A stretch of DNA of 61,774 nucleotides, counting the filler. It is 6 parts of 6 records of this genome, joined end to end, with 100 filler letters (N's around TTAATTAATTAA, not from the genome) between each part and the next. Parts side by side here need not be neighbours in the genome. Positions count along the whole stretch, not along the records: positions 19,945 to 36,739 come from SRR31147125_3296; 5 more parts are not named here. One strand, 5' to 3'. Shown here in pieces: positions 21,455 through 32,014 of this stretch (position 1 is its first letter; every line of letters starts with the position of its first letter). The notes under the pieces were generated by a model that was not told where the DNA came from, ran no database searches, and saw only the letters and a list, made by a program, of their open reading frames with translations. A program made the position numbers and the translations under genes.

Positions 21455-22496
21455 AGCTTACAATTAATTTGTCAAAACTTTTCCCCTCGTGATCCAGGAA
21501 CTTTATTTCAAGTGGGATATAAAACATTCTGGACTGAATATCCAAAGGTAATTTACCTTCTTCGCGAAGTCGCATAGCATCCTTTTCAGTCGTGAAAATA
21601 GTTGGTTTTTTTGTTTCGTACTTTTGAAAGGTATCAATGATTTTTTGCCAGTCTTTATTTGTAAAATTGTGATGATCGCTAAAAATCAATTCATCAATTA
21701 AGTTGGTTTTGGACGAAATATAATCTTGAAATGATTTTGGATTGGCGACCCCTGATATGAGCATCGCTGGAATCCGTTTTTCTTTTAGATCAATGGTTTC
21801 AGATGCTTCATCCGGGAAAACGGGTTTCGGTTTGCCATAAACCATTGTTGTGAAATAGAGTGTCTGATATGGACGTAGATTTACATCTTTCATAATAATG
21901 CGGCGGGTGATTGGTGTAATTTCATCCGGGCATTTGGTGTAAATAATAACATTTGCCCGCCTGCGCTGATACTTTCGTTCACGCAATCTTCCAAGTGGCA
22001 GTAATTTATCCTTGTCAATGGGGCGGTTATAATCGATTAATAATATATTAATTCCCGGAGTAACTCTACGGTGTTGAAAGGCATCGTCAAGTAATACAAC
22101 ATCTGGTGCATTTTCAGAATCTTTAATTAATTCGTTAATCCCATGCACTCTGTTTTCATCAACGGCAACGGTAACATTCTGGAATTTCTGCTTTACCTGA
22201 AGTGACTCATCACCTACCTCAAGTGCCGTTGAGCTGGTTTCTACCAATTTAAAGCCTTTGGTTTTACGTTTATATCCTCGGCTTAATGTGGCAACTTTTG
22301 CGTGTTTCTCTAGTAATTTGGTGAGATACTCAGTATGTGGAGTTTTCCCTGTTCCTCCAACGGTAATATTTCCAATTGAAATAACGGGGATTTCAAATTC
22401 GGTTGATTTGAAAATATTATAATCATAGAAATTGTTGCGGATGTATATAACAATTCCGTAGATGATAGAAAGCGGGTAAAACAGGATTTTTAGCAT
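21393..22496 (-). CDS. lpxK: Tetraacyldisaccharide 4'-kinase
   Basis: GNITVGGTGKTP, SRGY, LDDAFQH, LLPLGRLRE, TTEKDA. Confidence 0.93.
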   Translation of the reverse strand: MLKILFYPLSIIYGIVIYIRNNFYDYNIFKSTEFEIPVISIGNITVGGTGKTPHTEYLTKLLEKHAKVATLSRGYKRKTKGFKLVETSSTALEVGDESLQVKQKFQNVTVAVDENRVHGINELIKDSENAPDVVLLDDAFQHRRVTPGINILLIDYNRPIDKDKLLPLGRLRERKYQRRRANVIIYTKCPDEITPITRRIIMKDVNLRPYQTLYFTTMVYGKPKPVFPDEASETIDLKEKRIPAMLISGVANPKSFQDYISSKTNLIDELIFSDHHNFTNKDWQKIIDTFQKYETKKPTIFTTEKDAMRLREEGKLPLDIQSRMFYIPLEIKFLDHEGKSFDKLIVSYVKDNRSNRELHKRTNSRSS

Positions 22497-22518
22497 GTGT
22501 GAATTTTAGAATGCAAAG

Positions 22519-24291
22519 TTAGTCAATTTGAATATCGAATGGAACTCTTGCCAAAACTCCTCGTGTTTCTTTAACTTCTTTTAGTTGTTGATATATTGAA
22601 GCATATTCACCCAATTCCTGTTCAAGCACCCACATACGTGCCGAACCCGAAAGTTCTTTCAATAATTCTTCCAACGGATCTTTTAGTACAGGAAGTGCAG
22701 TGGTTCTGTATTCTTCAATTCCAGCCATTTCTGCGGCTAGTTTTATCGCATCATTCACACCTCCATAAAGATCAACCAACCCAATTTCTTTAGCATTTTC
22801 TGCAGCCCAAACCCGGCCTTCTCCTATGTTTTCAAAACCTTCTTTTTGCATATCTCTGCCTTCAATAACCCGATTAACAAAGGTGTCGTATCCTTTTTCA
22901 ATAAAATTCTGAAGAAGATTTCTTTCGAAACTGCTCATGGGGCGGGTTAAGGAAAGAATATCTGAATGTTCGTTGGTGTTGACCACATCGGTTGTAATTC
23001 CCAACTTGTCGTTTAGAAGTTCTCCTGCATTGGGGATCACCCCAAAAATACCGATAGAGCCTGTGATGGTTGTTTTGTCAGCCATAATTGTGTCGGCTGA
23101 AGCGGCAATGTAGTAACCACCCGAAGCAGCAACATCACTCATTGATGCGATAACGGGTTTACTTTCCGAAGCTAATTTTACTTCTCTCCAGATAACTTCA
23201 GAACCATAGGCGCTACCTCCCGGAGAATTAATTCGCAAAACGATGGCTTTAATTGAACTGTCCCTTCTTGCTTTTCGTATGGCTTTTGATAGTTTCTCTG
23301 ATTGAATCGACTGATCATCAGTGCCGCCCATGTCAATACCACCAGAAGCATAAATAACTGCAATTTTTTCACGAATAAATCCTTTGCCCTTTTTCACAAC
23401 AGGAACTTTTATATAATCGGTAATATCAATGGCTGGAATGTCACGACTTTCTTTTATGCCCATCATTCCTTTTAGCTCATTAATCACCTGATCTTTATAT
23501 TTCAGCGTATCAACTAAGCCTTTTTCAAGTAAAAATTCGGCCTCCTGAAATGTTGTTACACCATCAGCAAGCACATTTAATTCATCAAAACTTAATTCTC
23601 TTGAAGCTGATATTTCCAATAACATTTGTTGCCATAAACTACCCACATATGTTTCAGTTTGAAGTCTGTTTTCCGGGCTCATTTTATCAAATAAGTAGGG
23701 TTCAACAGCTGCTTTAAACTTCCCATGACGAATAACCTGCATTTCAACACCAACTTTTTCTAGTGCATTTTTGTAGAAAGTACGTTGAGCACTTAGGCCT
23801 TTAAATTCAATCATGCCTTTGGGATTTAGTACAAGCTTGTCGGCAACTGAAGTTAAGTAGTATGCTTTTTGTGAAAGTGCTTCACCATAAGCGTATATGA
23901 ATTTATTGGATTCTTTAAAATCGATCAGTGCATTTCTAATTTCCTCAATGCTAGCTAATCCAGCATTAATCATTGACGGATTCAGATAGATTCCCTTAAT
24001 TTTATCATCGGTTTTTGCTTTTTCAATGGAAGCCAGAATGTCATTCAATCCAATCGATTTTGTTGCACTTAATCCGGGCATTGCCAGGTCGCTAAACGGA
24101 CTTTTATTGGTGCGTTCAACCACTTTCCCCTGCAAACGGATAATGAGCATCGAGTTATCTTTTACCTGAACAGGCTGATCGGACATAGAAATAATTGCAG
24201 AGAATATGATTACACTAAATATCGAAATTAGAAAACTCGCAAGGATTATTCCTACTATTGTAGCTAAGGTGTACTTTAAAAAATCTCTCAT
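22519..24291 (-). CDS. sppA: Signal peptide peptidase SppA (67K type)
   Basis: HGKFKAAVEP, LRINSPGGS, AASGGYY, TITGSIG. Confidence 0.93.
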   Translation of the reverse strand: MRDFLKYTLATIVGIILASFLISIFSVIIFSAIISMSDQPVQVKDNSMLIIRLQGKVVERTNKSPFSDLAMPGLSATKSIGLNDILASIEKAKTDDKIKGIYLNPSMINAGLASIEEIRNALIDFKESNKFIYAYGEALSQKAYYLTSVADKLVLNPKGMIEFKGLSAQRTFYKNALEKVGVEMQVIRHGKFKAAVEPYLFDKMSPENRLQTETYVGSLWQQMLLEISASRELSFDELNVLADGVTTFQEAEFLLEKGLVDTLKYKDQVINELKGMMGIKESRDIPAIDITDYIKVPVVKKGKGFIREKIAVIYASGGIDMGGTDDQSIQSEKLSKAIRKARRDSSIKAIVLRINSPGGSAYGSEVIWREVKLASESKPVIASMSDVAASGGYYIAASADTIMADKTTITGSIGIFGVIPNAGELLNDKLGITTDVVNTNEHSDILSLTRPMSSFERNLLQNFIEKGYDTFVNRVIEGRDMQKEGFENIGEGRVWAAENAKEIGLVDLYGGVNDAIKLAAEMAGIEEYRTTALPVLKDPLEELLKELSGSARMWVLEQELGEYASIYQQLKEVKETRGVLARVPFDIQID

Positions 24292-24381
24292 AATAATGAA
24301 TTATTCAAAGGTGTTTGTAGTTTTGCATTTGTAAATGAATCAGTACGAATTTACAGAATTCGTTACAATATTGATCTAAAC

Positions 24382-24885
24382 ATGGCAAAGCTTTTTTTAT
24401 TGTTAGGTGGAAATTTAGGGGATAAAGCAAAAATATTTGAAGATACTCGGCAATTGCTTGAAAAATCACTTGGTAAGATAACAGTAAAATCGTCAATTTA
24501 TGAAACAGAACCATGGGGATTTGAATCGTCTGATTTATTCTGGAATCAGCTTTTAATAATTGAAACAGAGCTTCAGCCTATTGAAATATTAAAAAATACG
24601 AAAGAGATTGAAAATCAAATTGGGCGTAAACGAAAACCCGAACGCTATATTTCCCGGTTAATTGATATCGACCTTCTTTTTTATGATGATTTGGTTTTGA
24701 ATGCTGAAGATCTTGAGATTCCACACCCACGAATGATTGACCGACGTTTTGTGCTTGAACCACTAGCCGAAATTGCATTAACCAAAATTCATCCTGTATT
24801 TAAAAAATCAATCTCTGTTTTATTGGACGAATGCCCCGATAAACTCAAAGTGAAAAAGCTTGTTAATGCTTCGAGTCAACCTTAG
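24382..24885 (+). CDS. folK: HPPK (folate pathway pyrophosphokinase)
   Basis: LGGNLGD, YETEPWG, RLIDIDLL, IPHPR. Confidence 0.93.
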   Translation: MAKLFLLLGGNLGDKAKIFEDTRQLLEKSLGKITVKSSIYETEPWGFESSDLFWNQLLIIETELQPIEILKNTKEIENQIGRKRKPERYISRLIDIDLLFYDDLVLNAEDLEIPHPRMIDRRFVLEPLAEIALTKIHPVFKKSISVLLDECPDKLKVKKLVNASSQP

Positions 24886-25528
24886 GGCCGAAAGCTAAAT
24901 CACCCGCATCACCTAGGCCTGGAACAATGTAGGATTTAACGGTCATTTCTTCATCAATTGCACCGACCCAAAGTGTTACATTTTTAGCTTTAATCTTATC
25001 AACCACATATTCTACTCCTTTGCGGCTTGCAATAATTGCGACTAAATGCACGTGCTCTGGTTCCCCTTTTTTAAGCAATGCTTTATATCCAATCTCCATA
25101 GAAGCGCCTGATGCCAACATTGGATCCGAAAGAATTGCCACTTTATCATTCAAATCAGGAGATGCCAGATATTCAAATTCAATATGAAATTCTCCCTGAT
25201 CATCATATTTACGATATGCAGATATAAAAGCATTCTCGGCCTGATCGAATATGTTAAGTAAGCCTTGCTGAACCGGTAACCCTGCACGAAGAATGGTTGC
25301 CAAAACGGGTTGTTGCTTAAGCATTGGAACTTTTGCCACACCAAGTGGAGTCTGTACATCATTTACTTTGTAATCTAATGTTTTGCTAATTTCATAAGCA
25401 AATATTTCTCCAAATCGTTGTAAATTTCTGCGAAAACGTAAGGGGTCTTTTTGAATTTTCTCATCGCGTATTTCCGCAAGATATTGGTTGAAAACAGACT
25501 GCTGTTCACTTAAATTGATAATTTGCAT
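24863..25528 (-). CDS. upp: Uracil phosphoribosyltransferase
   Basis: ILRAGL, DPMLASG, IVPGLGDAGD. Confidence 0.93.
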   Translation of the reverse strand: MQIINLSEQQSVFNQYLAEIRDEKIQKDPLRFRRNLQRFGEIFAYEISKTLDYKVNDVQTPLGVAKVPMLKQQPVLATILRAGLPVQQGLLNIFDQAENAFISAYRKYDDQGEFHIEFEYLASPDLNDKVAILSDPMLASGASMEIGYKALLKKGEPEHVHLVAIIASRKGVEYVVDKIKAKNVTLWVGAIDEEMTVKSYIVPGLGDAGDLAFGPKVDSKH

Positions 25529-25574
25529 GACAAATTTTTTGCCGAAAATAGTGATTTTTATTCTTCAAGAACAA

Positions 25575-26642
25575 TTAACTAAAGATAAAATCGCCATCTC
25601 CAGATTGAATCTCACCAGATAAATTTTTAATCTCGAAGCTTGAATAAATCTGATGTTCAATATCTTTTTGGTGAATGAAAGGGTGTTTGCAACTTTTAAC
25701 GGCATTGGCTAATTCTGGATCAAGAATTGTCATGAGCTCAAATTTTTCTGAAACTGCCAGGTTAGATAGATACTTTCCTATTATTTTTTTAGATTCATTT
25801 GTTAATAAATGGTACAATGTTTTAAGATGCCTATCGCGTATTGAGTAAAACAAAAAACCACTAAGTTTGTGATTGGAGTAGACCTTAAGTGTTTCATACC
25901 GAAATGACTTAGAGAATGATGAAAATGGATAGTTTTTCTGAAACCGTTTATCATGAGTCGATATCCAGGGATTACTAAAAATCCATTTGAAGTTTTTCTT
26001 ATTTCTTCTGAATATTGAATAATCCTGATTTGACTTTATAAGTTCGTAACACTCTTCATCAATTTGTTCTATCGTTTCTATTTGCTGCTCTGTAATTTGC
26101 TCTGGTTTGTATAATGCAGTTTTAATTGATGCACGGATTGAAATCAAGAAATCAAATATGAAGAGCACGAATTTCCATCCTGGCATTCTTTCGTTTAAAA
26201 GTTTTGAGGGTTTTGCAAATAAATAGAACCGAGTTCCTTTTGCTGAATATATCGGATTAAATTTATTGGTTTTCAGATATAACTGTAATGATGCCGGAGC
26301 ATAATTCGTAAACATCAATCTGCCTTTTTGGTCGTTGTAAATTTCATCCAGTAGTTTCTCCGAATGTCCTTTTCTCCTATGCTCAGGGTGCACCCAATTG
26401 CCGCTTAGCCATACAAAAGGTTCATCATGCTTGGTTAGCTTGTCGGCAAATATGGTTCGGAATGCAATTAATTCATAACGGTTGAGCATCATGTATAAAA
26501 CATTGTCTCCTGGCTTCGCATTTGGGTTTCGTAAATATGAGGCAGCCCGTAAAGGAGTAATTGGTTTCGTTTCAAACTGGTTGTACAGATCACTCTTTAC
26601 AAACTCATCCAATTCATGCAGTGCTACTTTTACAATCTTCAT
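25575..26642 (-). CDS. GNAT-like hypothetical protein
   Basis: WVHPEHRRKGHS resembles the acetyl-CoA-binding motif. Confidence 0.55.
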   Translation of the reverse strand: MKIVKVALHELDEFVKSDLYNQFETKPITPLRAASYLRNPNAKPGDNVLYMMLNRYELIAFRTIFADKLTKHDEPFVWLSGNWVHPEHRRKGHSEKLLDEIYNDQKGRLMFTNYAPASLQLYLKTNKFNPIYSAKGTRFYLFAKPSKLLNERMPGWKFVLFIFDFLISIRASIKTALYKPEQITEQQIETIEQIDEECYELIKSNQDYSIFRRNKKNFKWIFSNPWISTHDKRFQKNYPFSSFSKSFRYETLKVYSNHKLSGFLFYSIRDRHLKTLYHLLTNESKKIIGKYLSNLAVSEKFELMTILDPELANAVKSCKHPFIHQKDIEHQIYSSFEIKNLSGEIQSGDGDFIFS

Positions 26643-27556
26643 CTTTTTGCAATGTGTTGATTCAACAATCGTTTCAGGTGGTATGAGAGATATTCTGTTT
26701 TAAGTCGTTCTTTTGCATTTTTACCTTGTGGGGCATCCATTGCAATTCGCTGAAAATGAGATGTGATTAGTTCATTTTTAATGCCAGCTGTACCAAAGGT
26801 AATATCACATATTTGTTCGTTTACAATGGTTTCAAAAACTTCATTTTTTACACCTATATCACTAAAAGGGAAAGCAAAAGCTTTAATCGATGGAGAAATT
26901 TTTTCAATAATCCAGTTCATGCTATCCTTAATTTCATCGAGTTGTCTTTCTGTGTCGAGTAACCAAAATTCAGGATGATCCAAGCTATGAGCACCAATGC
27001 TAAAACCATCATTCTGTAATGAATTTATTTGGTCAAGGCTCATGTATGGTTTTTCTGTTTGTAAATATTCTTGCCAGTTAATTCCAACTTCTTCAGCTGT
27101 TTTATCTAGCGAATGAATATCGGCATATGTATTTTGTAATTGAACGGTTAAATTTTTCTTTTCAAAGAAATCATGTAGAATCGAAGCTTTGTAGCGATGA
27201 AAAAGATCTTTGTTATCAACAAATGCCGGATTAATAAAGAAGCTGGCTGGTATACTTTTTTCTTTCAAAATAGGGGCAATTGTATCATAACAAGAGCTCA
27301 ATCCATCATCGAATGTAAGGTGAAATGTATTTTTTTTGTTCTCCCCCTTATGCAATTCTTCTAATGAAATGGGCTTGAAATGAGTTAACAGAAAATCAAG
27401 ATCTTCTTTAAAACGGGTAAGATTGGGATAGTTATAATTTAACTGATAGGGAAGTTGAGCATCGCTTACCGTATGATAAAAGGGTAGTAGGACAGGCGTA
27501 TTTTTGCCTTTCGATAGAATTGAGATGGGAATTATTGAAGCAATGAATGAAATCAT
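26639..27556 (-). CDS. Polysaccharide deacetylase (NodB/CE4)
   Basis: FYH, LTFDDG, GAHSLDHP, FAFPF. Confidence 0.85.
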   Translation of the reverse strand: MISFIASIIPISILSKGKNTPVLLPFYHTVSDAQLPYQLNYNYPNLTRFKEDLDFLLTHFKPISLEELHKGENKKNTFHLTFDDGLSSCYDTIAPILKEKSIPASFFINPAFVDNKDLFHRYKASILHDFFEKKNLTVQLQNTYADIHSLDKTAEEVGINWQEYLQTEKPYMSLDQINSLQNDGFSIGAHSLDHPEFWLLDTERQLDEIKDSMNWIIEKISPSIKAFAFPFSDIGVKNEVFETIVNEQICDITFGTAGIKNELITSHFQRIAMDAPQGKNAKERLKTEYLSYHLKRLLNQHIAKR

Positions 27557-27572
27557 TTTTGTTGTTCTATGT

Positions 27573-28488
27573 TTACTTTTTAAACCACTTTAGCCAAACC
27601 GGGAGTTTATTCCATCGGAGATGATGATATATTTCCGGACTTGCTCCAAACCCTTTGTAAAGCCGGGCAATACCCGGAATATTTGAACCTTCAAAATCAA
27701 TCATGAATTCACTGTTGGCATTTTCTAAAACAAACTGGTCGATAAGAAAGAACATGGCATTTAATTCACGTCCTTCATTATTTGTTGCTGCATTTAAATA
27801 GCTTATTCTTTTTTTAAAACGTAAGAAAAATACCGCTGCACATAATTCATTTTGGTTTGAGTAAACACCATAAATTTGACCCATACTTTTTGCGAGTGCA
27901 AATGATATTATGTTTCGTAAACTCATGTAGTTCTTTTCTAAAATCTTGATTTTTTGATTTTGTTTTTTGAATTGAATGTAGTCTTCAACCGAAACACCTT
28001 TGATTAAACTAAGTTTATTGGAACTGGCTTTTTTAGTTTCCGTTTCGTATGCTTGGAATAATTCTGAACGATTTCAGGATAGGATAGGTGAAGTTGCAGT
28101 AAATAATTTTTCCGGGGATGAAAGAGCCAGAAACTCCAGTTACGGGTAGGTTCATCGAATTTAGATTAATCTCGGCAAACCCATAATTTTTTTCTGCTTC
28201 ATTAATAAATAGCCTAAGAATCTCTTTTGTTGGTGTAGGGAAAACTCCGAGTTGCTGACCGAATAATGGTTGAAAAAGATATGATACCCTTATTTTTTTA
28301 CGAAAAGTTAAAGGCATTACGTATTGATAATTTCCAAAGATAAGAGCATCCCATTGGTCGCAAATTCTGTCGAGATACCACGACTGGGCATACACAAGAG
28401 CATTAGGAGACTTAGCAATACATGCATCCCATTTGTCGGCATCAATATTTTCAAACCGAACAAGTTTTATTTGCTCATTATTTATCAT
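27573..28488 (-). CDS. GNAT/FemAB-like protein, split by a frameshift near 28110
   Basis: IDADKWD, QPLFGQQLG in the 5' ORF; IDFEGSNIPGIARLYKGFGA in the 3' ORF; the intervening frame is open. Confidence 0.7.
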
Positions 28489-29794
28489 TTAACTCAATTG
28501 CCCAATTTGTCATTTCTGTAAAAACAGACTTCCAACCTTTCCAATTCTCCATATCGTTTAAGCTTTCGTTATGCCATAAGCTTATAAAGGTTCCACCGTA
28601 TTTTTTAACTTCCTCCATCATTTTTTTAATCCGATTTAAGGCCTCCTCCGGACTCAGTTTTAAATATCTATTCATGGTCACATCCATAACTTGAAATGGG
28701 TGAACTAACAATTTTGTTTTCTTCTCTTTCTTTAAATCGTAAAAAAAGAAAGGCGTTGCTGTTCCTGCCCTAAACCCAATTTCTTCAGCATATCCAAGGG
28801 TGTAATCGTCGGAAATACCGGCTTTTATTAACCTGCGGAATGTTTTCGGAAGTTCGAGCTTTAAGAAATGCTGCCGACTTGAATTAACTGGTTTTTGAAT
28901 GATGTATTCAAGAGTTAAAATTTCGTTACTCAATTTCTTCTTTCTTCTTACTGAACCATAGGATGGGTGGATGCCAACTTCAAAGTTTATGGAAAGCTTT
29001 TTAATAAGTTCTCTAAATTCCTTATTTTTTGGAGATACATTTCGATCATATTTGCCAGGCTTTCCTGCAAGAACAAAAAAACGAAGCTTGTTACTCATCT
29101 TCTGATAAGTTTCTATAATGAAATTATAAGTATCGTATGGGTCTGGTTCTTTACCTGAAATTACATTTAAACGATCTTTTATTTGCCTGAAGTTTCCTTT
29201 AATAATTGCCTTTATGCAAGCACCAAATGTACGAGGAAGACTTTTGTTTTTATAAGCCCAGGCATTATCAATATCTACTGTTGTTAAAAAGCAGAAAGAA
29301 GGTTTCTTATAATTGAAATCAGGGAAAACAGGTTTGATTTTTTTTGCAACAATGTATGCCCATTTGTTTACGACAGGAAAATGCAATAACTCATTTCGTT
29401 TAAGAATACTATGCTTAGATGGGAACCGACGATGTTTCCCTAGGTCACGCTCTAAATATTCTTCATAACGGGAGATCAGAAAAAAAGTAGCTGCAAATGG
29501 ATCAAAAGGAAGAAATGAGTCTTTTGATGATTCAAAGAAATAAGTTTCATCGTTGTAAAATACAGGATCCAGATTTTGGTATGTAAGTCCCTTCTCAAAA
29601 AGTAATGAGTGCGGTGTTAAGGAGAGTGCTGATTTTATTGATGAATTTGAATAATTTAATTTTGGACCTTGGTGATTTTCAAAATCGTTCAGGTCGCTCA
29701 TAAATGAAAATGGAGTGTTCAGGATGTCTTTAAAAATGAATTCGAAGACATACAAAAGACGGCTGTTTATTTCTTTGGTATAAATGGCAAGCAT
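28478..29794 (-). CDS. Polysaccharide-deacetylase-like protein (CE4 superfamily, Bacteroidota type)
   Basis: SRYEEY, TVDID, GIHPSY, RQHFL, GFRAGT, SLWHN. Confidence 0.7.
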   Translation of the reverse strand: MLAIYTKEINSRLLYVFEFIFKDILNTPFSFMSDLNDFENHQGPKLNYSNSSIKSALSLTPHSLLFEKGLTYQNLDPVFYNDETYFFESSKDSFLPFDPFAATFFLISRYEEYLERDLGKHRRFPSKHSILKRNELLHFPVVNKWAYIVAKKIKPVFPDFNYKKPSFCFLTTVDIDNAWAYKNKSLPRTFGACIKAIIKGNFRQIKDRLNVISGKEPDPYDTYNFIIETYQKMSNKLRFFVLAGKPGKYDRNVSPKNKEFRELIKKLSINFEVGIHPSYGSVRRKKKLSNEILTLEYIIQKPVNSSRQHFLKLELPKTFRRLIKAGISDDYTLGYAEEIGFRAGTATPFFFYDLKKEKKTKLLVHPFQVMDVTMNRYLKLSPEEALNRIKKMMEEVKKYGGTFISLWHNESLNDMENWKGWKSVFTEMTNWAIELNDK

Positions 29795-29804
29795 ACTTTT
29801 GGCT

Positions 29805-30494
29805 TTAAATCAATCCTTCATCCGCAAAGCTAATATACTCATCATGTGCGATAATTAAATGATCAAGCACGGAAATTTCCATAATTCGTGCTGCATCTTT
29901 AATTTTTTGAGTGATTTTAAGGTCAGAATCGCTGGGTTTTAAATTACCTGAAGGGTGGTTATGACAAAGAATAATTGAGCTTGCAAGTTTTTCAAGAGCA
30001 GTATGTAGAATGATTTTAATATCAATTACTGTTCCGGTTATTCCGCCTTGGCTAACCATAAACTTATCGATAACCGTATTTGAGCGATTTAGGAATAGTA
30101 CCCAGAATTCTTCATGGTTCAAATCTTCTAAAATGGGATTGAAAATTTGAGCAGCATGTTTGCTCTCAGTAATAATTATTTTTTGAGCTGATTGATTTTC
30201 TTTGCGTCGTCTTCCAAGCTCAAGAGCCGCAAGAATGTTGACTGCTTTTGCATCACCAATTCCATTAAATTTCATAAGGTAGGCTGCATCTTTTTTTGAA
30301 AGTTCTGATAGATCATTTTTTACCGATGAGAGTATTCTTCTGGAAAGTTCAACTGCTGATTCGTTTAGATTTCCCGAGCCAATCAGAATTGCAAGTAATT
30401 CAGCATCAGATAATGTTCTCGTTCCTTTTTTGAGTAGCTTTTCTCGAGGACGATCCTCAACAGCCCAATCTTTAATACTTAGTTTTTTGTACAT
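29805..30494 (-). CDS. radC: RadC-family JAB protein
   Basis: DRPREKL, LSDAELLAIL, HNHPSG..PSDSD, LDHLII. Confidence 0.93.
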   Translation of the reverse strand: MYKKLSIKDWAVEDRPREKLLKKGTRTLSDAELLAILIGSGNLNESAVELSRRILSSVKNDLSELSKKDAAYLMKFNGIGDAKAVNILAALELGRRRKENQSAQKIIITESKHAAQIFNPILEDLNHEEFWVLFLNRSNTVIDKFMVSQGGITGTVIDIKIILHTALEKLASSIILCHNHPSGNLKPSDSDLKITQKIKDAARIMEISVLDHLIIAHDEYISFADEGLI

Positions 30495-30559
30495 GAGGTG
30501 GATTTTTAAAATACGAAGTTATGAAAAATAGTTAATTGGAGGAACAAATTGAAGGGCAT

Positions 30560-30584
30560 AAAAAAACCCGGCAATAACCGGGTT
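30560..30584 (-). terminator. Intrinsic terminator of pgk
   Basis: AACCCGG/CCGGGTT stem with 6-nt loop, followed by a U-run on the minus strand. Confidence 0.75.
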
Positions 30585-30607
30585 CTTCAATATGATGTGT
30601 GATTGTA

Positions 30608-31804
30608 TTATTCACCACGAACAGCTGCAACACCTGGAAGGGTTTTTCCTTCAAGGTACTCTAATAATGCACCACCTGCAGTTGAGATATAAGAAACTCC
30701 ATCAGCCATGCCAAATTTATTAATACATGCTACAGAGTCGCCACCTCCAATTAATGAAAATGCACCATTTTTAGTTGCTTCAACAATAGCTTCAGCTACA
30801 GCACGAGAGCCTGCTTCAAATGTTTCCATTTCAAATACGCCTGTTGGCCCATTCCATAGTATTGTGCCAGATTCCTTAATTACTTTTGAGAATGTTTTGA
30901 TCGTTTCTTTTCCGGTATCTAATCCCATCCAACCATCAGGGATTTCATCAACCTTACATTCCAATGTATTCGCATCGTTTGCAAATTTATCAGCTGCTAA
31001 AACATCTGAGGCAATATATAAATTAACTCCTTTTTCTTTTGCAATTTTTTCAATTCTTAAGGCAGTTTCTATGAATTCATCTTCGCAAATTGAATTTCCA
31101 ATTTTACCTCCATGTGCTTTAACAAACGTAAATTTCATTCCACCACCTAAAATGAGGTTGTCTACTTTGTCAAGTAGATTTTCAATAATCGTAATTTTAG
31201 ATGAAACTTTAGCTCCACCCATAATTGCAGTTACCGGACGAGTTGGGCTAGCCAAAACTTTATCAAGGCTTTCCAATTCACTGCCAATTACGTAACCAAA
31301 CATTTTGTCATTTGGGAAAAATTTAGCGATAACAGCAGTTGAAGCGTGAGCACGGTGTGCAGTACCAAATGCATCATTAATCCAGCAATCTCCATTTTCA
31401 GCTAATTTGCCTGCAAACCCTTCATCACCTTTGGTTTCTTCTTTGTAGAAACGTAGGTTCTCTAAAATCAAAACTTCACCAGCAGCAAGTTCATCAGCCA
31501 TCTTTTTAGCTTCTTCACCAATACAATCTGGCGCAATTTTCACAGTAGCTCCATCAAGCAATGTTGATAGGTGATTAACCAAGTGTTTTAATGAAAATTT
31601 ATCTTCTGGTCCTTCTTTTGGACGACCCAAGTGGGACATAATAATAGGAGAACCACCTTTTTCAATTACTTTTTTAATTGTTGGCAAGGCAGCACGCATG
31701 CGGGTATCATCAGTAATTTCAAAATTTTCGTTTAAAGGAACATTAAAATCAACACGGATCAATGCTTTCTTTCCAGCGAAGTCATATGTTTCAATAGTTT
31801 GCAT
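30608..31804 (-). CDS. pgk: Phosphoglycerate kinase
   Basis: [40 protein letters not shown]; start MQTIET favoured because the promoter motif overlaps the longer start. Confidence 0.96.
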   Translation of the reverse strand: MQTIETYDFAGKKALIRVDFNVPLNENFEITDDTRMRAALPTIKKVIEKGGSPIIMSHLGRPKEGPEDKFSLKHLVNHLSTLLDGATVKIAPDCIGEEAKKMADELAAGEVLILENLRFYKEETKGDEGFAGKLAENGDCWINDAFGTAHRAHASTAVIAKFFPNDKMFGYVIGSELESLDKVLASPTRPVTAIMGGAKVSSKITIIENLLDKVDNLILGGGMKFTFVKAHGGKIGNSICEDEFIETALRIEKIAKEKGVNLYIASDVLAADKFANDANTLECKVDEIPDGWMGLDTGKETIKTFSKVIKESGTILWNGPTGVFEMETFEAGSRAVAEAIVEATKNGAFSLIGGGDSVACINKFGMADGVSYISTAGGALLEYLEGKTLPGVAAVRGE

Positions 31805-31837
31805 AATGGTATTTTTTTGGTTCTTAAAAATCGATCT

Positions 31838-31845
31838 CAAATATA
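31838..31845 (-). promoter_or_regulatory. Bacteroidota -7 promoter element (TAnnTTTG) for pgk
   Basis: TATATTTG on the minus strand 33 bp upstream of the ATG; a similar TAAATTTG at 31988-31995 precedes holB. Confidence 0.55.
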
Positions 31846-32014
31846 AGAAAAAGATTAGTCCGAAGTTAGCTCAAATTTGTTTCGAAGGATTTATTAATGA
31901 ATCGGTAAAATAGAATTTTAATGTTGAATAAATAGACTTCGTTAATAACTTATTTTATCTAATGAATGGAATGGAAGTCGGTTTTATTAAATTTGCTCTT
32001 CACAAATTTAGCCT

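Noticed and set aside
29805-30494. RadC/JAB protein as part of a CBASS-like or mobile-element system
   Set aside because: Full-length chromosomal RadC next to pgk, with no E1/E2 or cyclase genes
30708-31295. Long antisense ORFs (also 928-1446, 38088-38714, 49463-50035, 55117-55677)
   Set aside because: Shadows of well-supported genes on the opposite strand, with no recognisable motifs
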